Positions 60,942 through 64,000 of a stretch of 64,000 bases of DNA are shown here, piece after piece (position 1 is the stretch's first letter; every line of letters starts with the position of its first letter). The stretch comes from an uncultured Bacteroidota bacterium (GTDB taxonomy: Bacteria > Bacteroidota > Ignavibacteria > UBA10030), in NCBI GenBank assembly GCA_963770945.1, contig CAVYRP010000005.1:100268-164267 (forward strand), read 5' to 3'. The position numbers were made by a program, and so were the translations under genes. The notes below the pieces were generated by a model that searched no databases, had not been told where the DNA came from, and saw only the letters and a program-made list of their open reading frames with translations.

Positions 60942-61355
60942 TTATGGAACGGTGTGAAATGAAGAAACATTTATTTCAGTTCCCATCGGACTGGATTTTA
61001 TCATTCCAATAACTCTGACACGTTTGCCTTGCAGCTGCCAGAGCTGGGATTTTAAGGAAGAATCGGCTTCCACATAGAACACCGTGTCTGAAGAAATATA
61101 AAGTGCTAACTTCGTAAATGGCTCGTTTCCGGCAACATACAGTGTTCCGGTCATAGTGTCGTTCTTAGCCGATGCCATAGAAGATAACGGTGAAAATATT
61201 GTATCTTTTTCTGCTGTCTTCTTTTGAGCTGCTTTTAATACCGGTATTTTCCCGGCCTCGTTTTGTACGCTGTCAATTTCTTTTTTACTTGGTGAACAAG
61301 AAATATTGAGCGTTCCTAATAATATTATTATGAAAAAGAAACTCAATGCTTTCAT
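60942..61355 (-). CDS. small lipoprotein (137 aa) preceding the protease gene
   Basis: Lipobox NISC. Its stop is 19 nt upstream of the protease ATG. The conserved C-terminus LWQLQGKRVRVIG...PMG..INVSSFH recurs at 63896-64000. Confidence 0.6.
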   Translation of the reverse strand: MKALSFFFIIILLGTLNISCSPSKKEIDSVQNEAGKIPVLKAAQKKTAEKDTIFSPLSSMASAKNDTMTGTLYVAGNEPFTKLALYISSDTVFYVEADSSLKSQLWQLQGKRVRVIGMIKSSPMGTEINVSSFHTVP

Positions 61356-61519
61356 AGAACATTTATTTCCCGGATTATTACTGTACGTGTTTTCATTCTA
61401 TAAAGATTTTGCTGTAAAAACCAGCATAACCTTATTTACGGCTTTACTCTGGTTTTAGGCTGAGTTGTTGCAGCGATTCCGAGTTAAAAATCTTCGGGAG
61501 GCCCTGGAATCATTAAACA

Positions 61520-61554
61520 CGAAAGCCCTTTTGCATTTCGGCATCAAGGGCTTT
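61520..61554 (-). terminator. 10-bp perfect hairpin downstream of the second protease gene
   Basis: GAAAGCCCTT-N15-AAGGGCTTTC, about 20 nt after the stop at 61575. The U-tract on the minus strand is weak. Confidence 0.4.
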
Positions 61555-61574
61555 CTTTGGAGGATTCTGAGGAT

Positions 61575-63875
61575 TTATTTAATAAATACGAGTTTCCTAG
61601 TTTGAGTAAATGTACCCGAATTGATTCGATAAAGATAGACACCGCTCGGCAGACTGGATGCATTAAACTTTACTTCATGCATTCCGGCTTCCTTGAACCC
61701 GTTTACCAGAGTAATTACTTCCCTTCCGATTATATCGTAAACCTTTAAAGTTACAAATCCCTTGGATGGCATTTGAAACCTGATAGTGGTAGATGGATTA
61801 AATGGATTAGGAAAGTTTTGCTCCAGTGTAAAAGAGGCGGGAGTCAATTCGGCATTCTGTTTTACTCCCGTTGTGTAAGAACTCACGTATGCCCGGATTA
61901 GATAGGTATAAACAGAATCACCGGCAGCATTAGAAGTAAAATAATACCAATTGGGACCGCCGGATGATGTTGTAGAATACGTAAGGCTGGTAATCTCATC
62001 CGGTATATGAGATTCTGTAACCATAACACGAGGTTCCGTGGTATGATTGCCTTCATCAATAAAAGCAACCGCAAACGCATTGCTCGCATCAATATTATTT
62101 GCTCTTAAATCGATAGTGCCCCAATTCGGCCACGGCACGGGATAGGGAATACCCGGAGTTTGAGCAACCGCTGCCGTTATCGGCACAGCCAGCGGTGTGC
62201 CTAGCGGTGAGGGTCGTGCACTTCCGGTGTATGTCCAAATTCCGCCAGTCATTGTTCCGGCTCTTTGAAGCGCCACTCGCACCGAATCAAGTCTCCCTCC
62301 GGGAACACCGGAAAACCACACGCATACGGTATCACCTGCCGCTTCAATCAGGTAATCGTTAGGTTCGGTTAAGTCGTATTTTAATTCCAATACATTTCCG
62401 ACAGAACCGGATGCTGAATAAGTAAAAATTGTTTCCGTATTTGTCGGATTTATAACTGTTAGCGTAACAGTTGAATAGTTAATCCCGAAATCGTTTAATG
62501 AATATGTTGAACCAAGTGTGATATTATCCGTACGAATGCCTGAATTACCGGCGGCAATTGCCATTACTTCCAGTGAACCGCTGCTGTTCACATTTACTGA
62601 CAATGACTGTCCGCCGGAAAACTCCACAAAGCGCGTCCCATATGGTTTTACGGTGTCTGTTACAATGGAAACATTAGGTGAATAGTACGTAACAGCGGCC
62701 GGCTTCATCGGGATTGAAACGGTAAATCCGTATTTCGGATCGATATTCTTATCATTTATAACTGATGCAAGAGTAAAATTTTTTATCATATCTTCAAAAC
62801 GCAGTGTTGATCCGAGATTTTGAAAAGCGTCGTTATAACCGGCAATACCAACGAGCGGGCTATGCACAATTTGTTTTGTCAGTGAACTTCCGAATTGCTC
62901 AATTAAGTACCAAGAAAAAAGTGCTGCACGGGAATAATCCTGCAGTACATCGCCGGATATATCCCAGCTGAGAAAATTTACGTTCGTATTGGCATAATAT
63001 AGAGACGGACTTCGTAGATCGTATCCGCAAAGCTTGCTGGCCGACTCTGACATACCTTCATTGACAAAGGCTATTTCTTTGTCGTCGTAATTCCAATGGA
63101 TCATATGCTGGAATTCATGTGCTGTAGTTGAAGCGGCGCTCCTGATCCCGAATAAGGTTTTTAAGTTCGCCGGGTTTGCATCGACATAATATATTTCTGC
63201 ATCGTTTGAATGACGGCTTGATCCGAGGACTGCCTGTACGTCTGCATCGGAATATTCGTTTATTTTATAGAAATATCCGGCGGTATATCCGCCGGTACCC
63301 GCGAAGCCGTCCTTAATATCCAGAATGAGAATGATAATTCTTGGATCCGCATCCACATCCGGCGGATCGCCGAAATACATCGTATCCAGCTGGAAGATGC
63401 CATGGGATGGATCGGCAGGTGTTCTTATCTCAAATGCGGTGAGTATGGACTCCACTGCAGCTTGATCGACAGTCGCATTTGTCCATAACAAATCTTCCAC
63501 AAAGATGTAACAATTGTTTCCTACAGCACGGCAGTGTGAGGCAACTTGGTACTCTGTGTTATACGCCGGATCGGATGGATTCTGATTTGTTGCCCACCAA
63601 TTGTGTGCCTGCCCAACCGTAAAACCCCATGCTGAAGTTTTTTTCAAATTCTGAATAGCACCTTTGTCGGCGCGTGCTTTTATATATGCCTTAAGACGCG
63701 GTTCGGTTTTCTGCCATTCTTGTTCCAGTAAATGAGAACCGGGTATCGGATAGATTTTTAGAACTGTTTCCGATTGTTTCAGTTGGTTATTGATAATCGA
63801 CCCTGATACCGGCTGTGCTGTGACAGTATAAAATAATACTAGAGAGATTAAACAAGTTGTAATTAAAAATTTCAT
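61575..63875 (-). CDS. secreted HExxH zinc metallopeptidase-like protein with T9SS C-terminal sorting domain (paralog)
   Basis: 766 aa, collinear with and highly similar by eye to 58622-60922. It shares TAHEFQHMIHWNY, VNEGMSESASK and the tail NFPNPFNPSTTIRF...GVYLYRINSGTFTQTRKLVFIK. Confidence 0.8.
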   Translation of the reverse strand: MKFLITTCLISLVLFYTVTAQPVSGSIINNQLKQSETVLKIYPIPGSHLLEQEWQKTEPRLKAYIKARADKGAIQNLKKTSAWGFTVGQAHNWWATNQNPSDPAYNTEYQVASHCRAVGNNCYIFVEDLLWTNATVDQAAVESILTAFEIRTPADPSHGIFQLDTMYFGDPPDVDADPRIIILILDIKDGFAGTGGYTAGYFYKINEYSDADVQAVLGSSRHSNDAEIYYVDANPANLKTLFGIRSAASTTAHEFQHMIHWNYDDKEIAFVNEGMSESASKLCGYDLRSPSLYYANTNVNFLSWDISGDVLQDYSRAALFSWYLIEQFGSSLTKQIVHSPLVGIAGYNDAFQNLGSTLRFEDMIKNFTLASVINDKNIDPKYGFTVSIPMKPAAVTYYSPNVSIVTDTVKPYGTRFVEFSGGQSLSVNVNSSGSLEVMAIAAGNSGIRTDNITLGSTYSLNDFGINYSTVTLTVINPTNTETIFTYSASGSVGNVLELKYDLTEPNDYLIEAAGDTVCVWFSGVPGGRLDSVRVALQRAGTMTGGIWTYTGSARPSPLGTPLAVPITAAVAQTPGIPYPVPWPNWGTIDLRANNIDASNAFAVAFIDEGNHTTEPRVMVTESHIPDEITSLTYSTTSSGGPNWYYFTSNAAGDSVYTYLIRAYVSSYTTGVKQNAELTPASFTLEQNFPNPFNPSTTIRFQMPSKGFVTLKVYDIIGREVITLVNGFKEAGMHEVKFNASSLPSGVYLYRINSGTFTQTRKLVFIK

Positions 63876-63895
63876 ATAATAATGTCCTTTTTGAT

Positions 63896-64000
63896 CTATT
63901 GGACTGCGTGAAATGATGAAACATGTATTATTTTTCCCATCGGGTTGGAATTTTTCGTACCGATCACACCGACACGCTTGCCCTGCAAATGCCAGAGTCG
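63896..64000 (-). CDS. C-terminal end of a paralogous small lipoprotein (partial, continues beyond window)
   Basis: Reverse translation gives ...RLWHLQGKRVGVIGTKNSNPMGKIIHVSSFHAVQ*, homologous to the C-terminus of 60942-61355. Its stop is 20 nt upstream of the protease ATG at 63875. Confidence 0.6.
   Translation of the reverse strand, partial: RLWHLQGKRVGVIGTKNSNPMGKIIHVSSFHAVQ

Noticed and set aside
1-64000. Search for CRISPR arrays, rRNA genes, intact IS elements, integrases or recognisable defence or secondary-metabolite clusters.
   Set aside because: I saw no regularly spaced direct repeats, no rRNA-like conserved blocks and no integrase or intact transposase ORF. The only mobile-element traces are the RAYT-like remnant and the GIY-YIG repeat cassette.

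Overview
This is a 64-kb chromosomal segment from a Bacteroidota/Ignavibacteriota-like (FCB group) bacterium. That placement is inferred from three T9SS C-terminal sorting domains, a DUF5683 gene next to parB, a DUF2723 glycosyltransferase and GIY-YIG/REP-type repeats. GC looks roughly low-to-mid 40s by eye and was not computed.

About 60 genes are present, mostly housekeeping:
- Central metabolism and methyl cycle: tkt, and a nucleotidyltransferase-metK-ahcY operon.
- Broken aspC-like and pckG genes.
- Iron storage and aromatic amino acids: ferritin, tyrA-aroF.
- A complete kdsA-kdsC-kdsD-lptC-lptA-like-lptB Kdo/LPS-export operon.
- ispE, a TonB-dependent receptor, gmd, a GT4 glycosyltransferase, DUF2723, hemW.
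- Tandem lepB genes followed by lepA, and parA-parB-RidA-DUF5683.
- A patatin-Omp85 (type Vd-like) protein and a PDZ-GAF-PP2C membrane phosphatase.
- marC, an SDR, uppP, speB-thyX-folA.
- Tandem lipoprotein plus T9SS metalloprotease modules.

I found no rRNA, tRNA, CRISPR array or intact mobile element.

I cannot support a convincing new multi-gene system such as a defence island. The observations most worth a second look are:
1. About 20 reading-frame lesions (frameshifts and two in-frame stops) across about 13 genes, several of them core genes. This is either indel-type sequence error or real gene decay.
2. A roughly 200-nt structured intergenic region (12.49-12.72 kb) with a terminator/antiterminator-like alternative pairing, upstream of a decayed DUF362 gene.
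3. A GIY-YIG nuclease gene bracketed by direct copies of a roughly 100-bp palindromic repeat.
4. Duplicated lipoprotein plus HExxH T9SS-protease operon modules running off the window end.
5. A truncated IS200/RAYT-like transposase remnant with associated palindromes.
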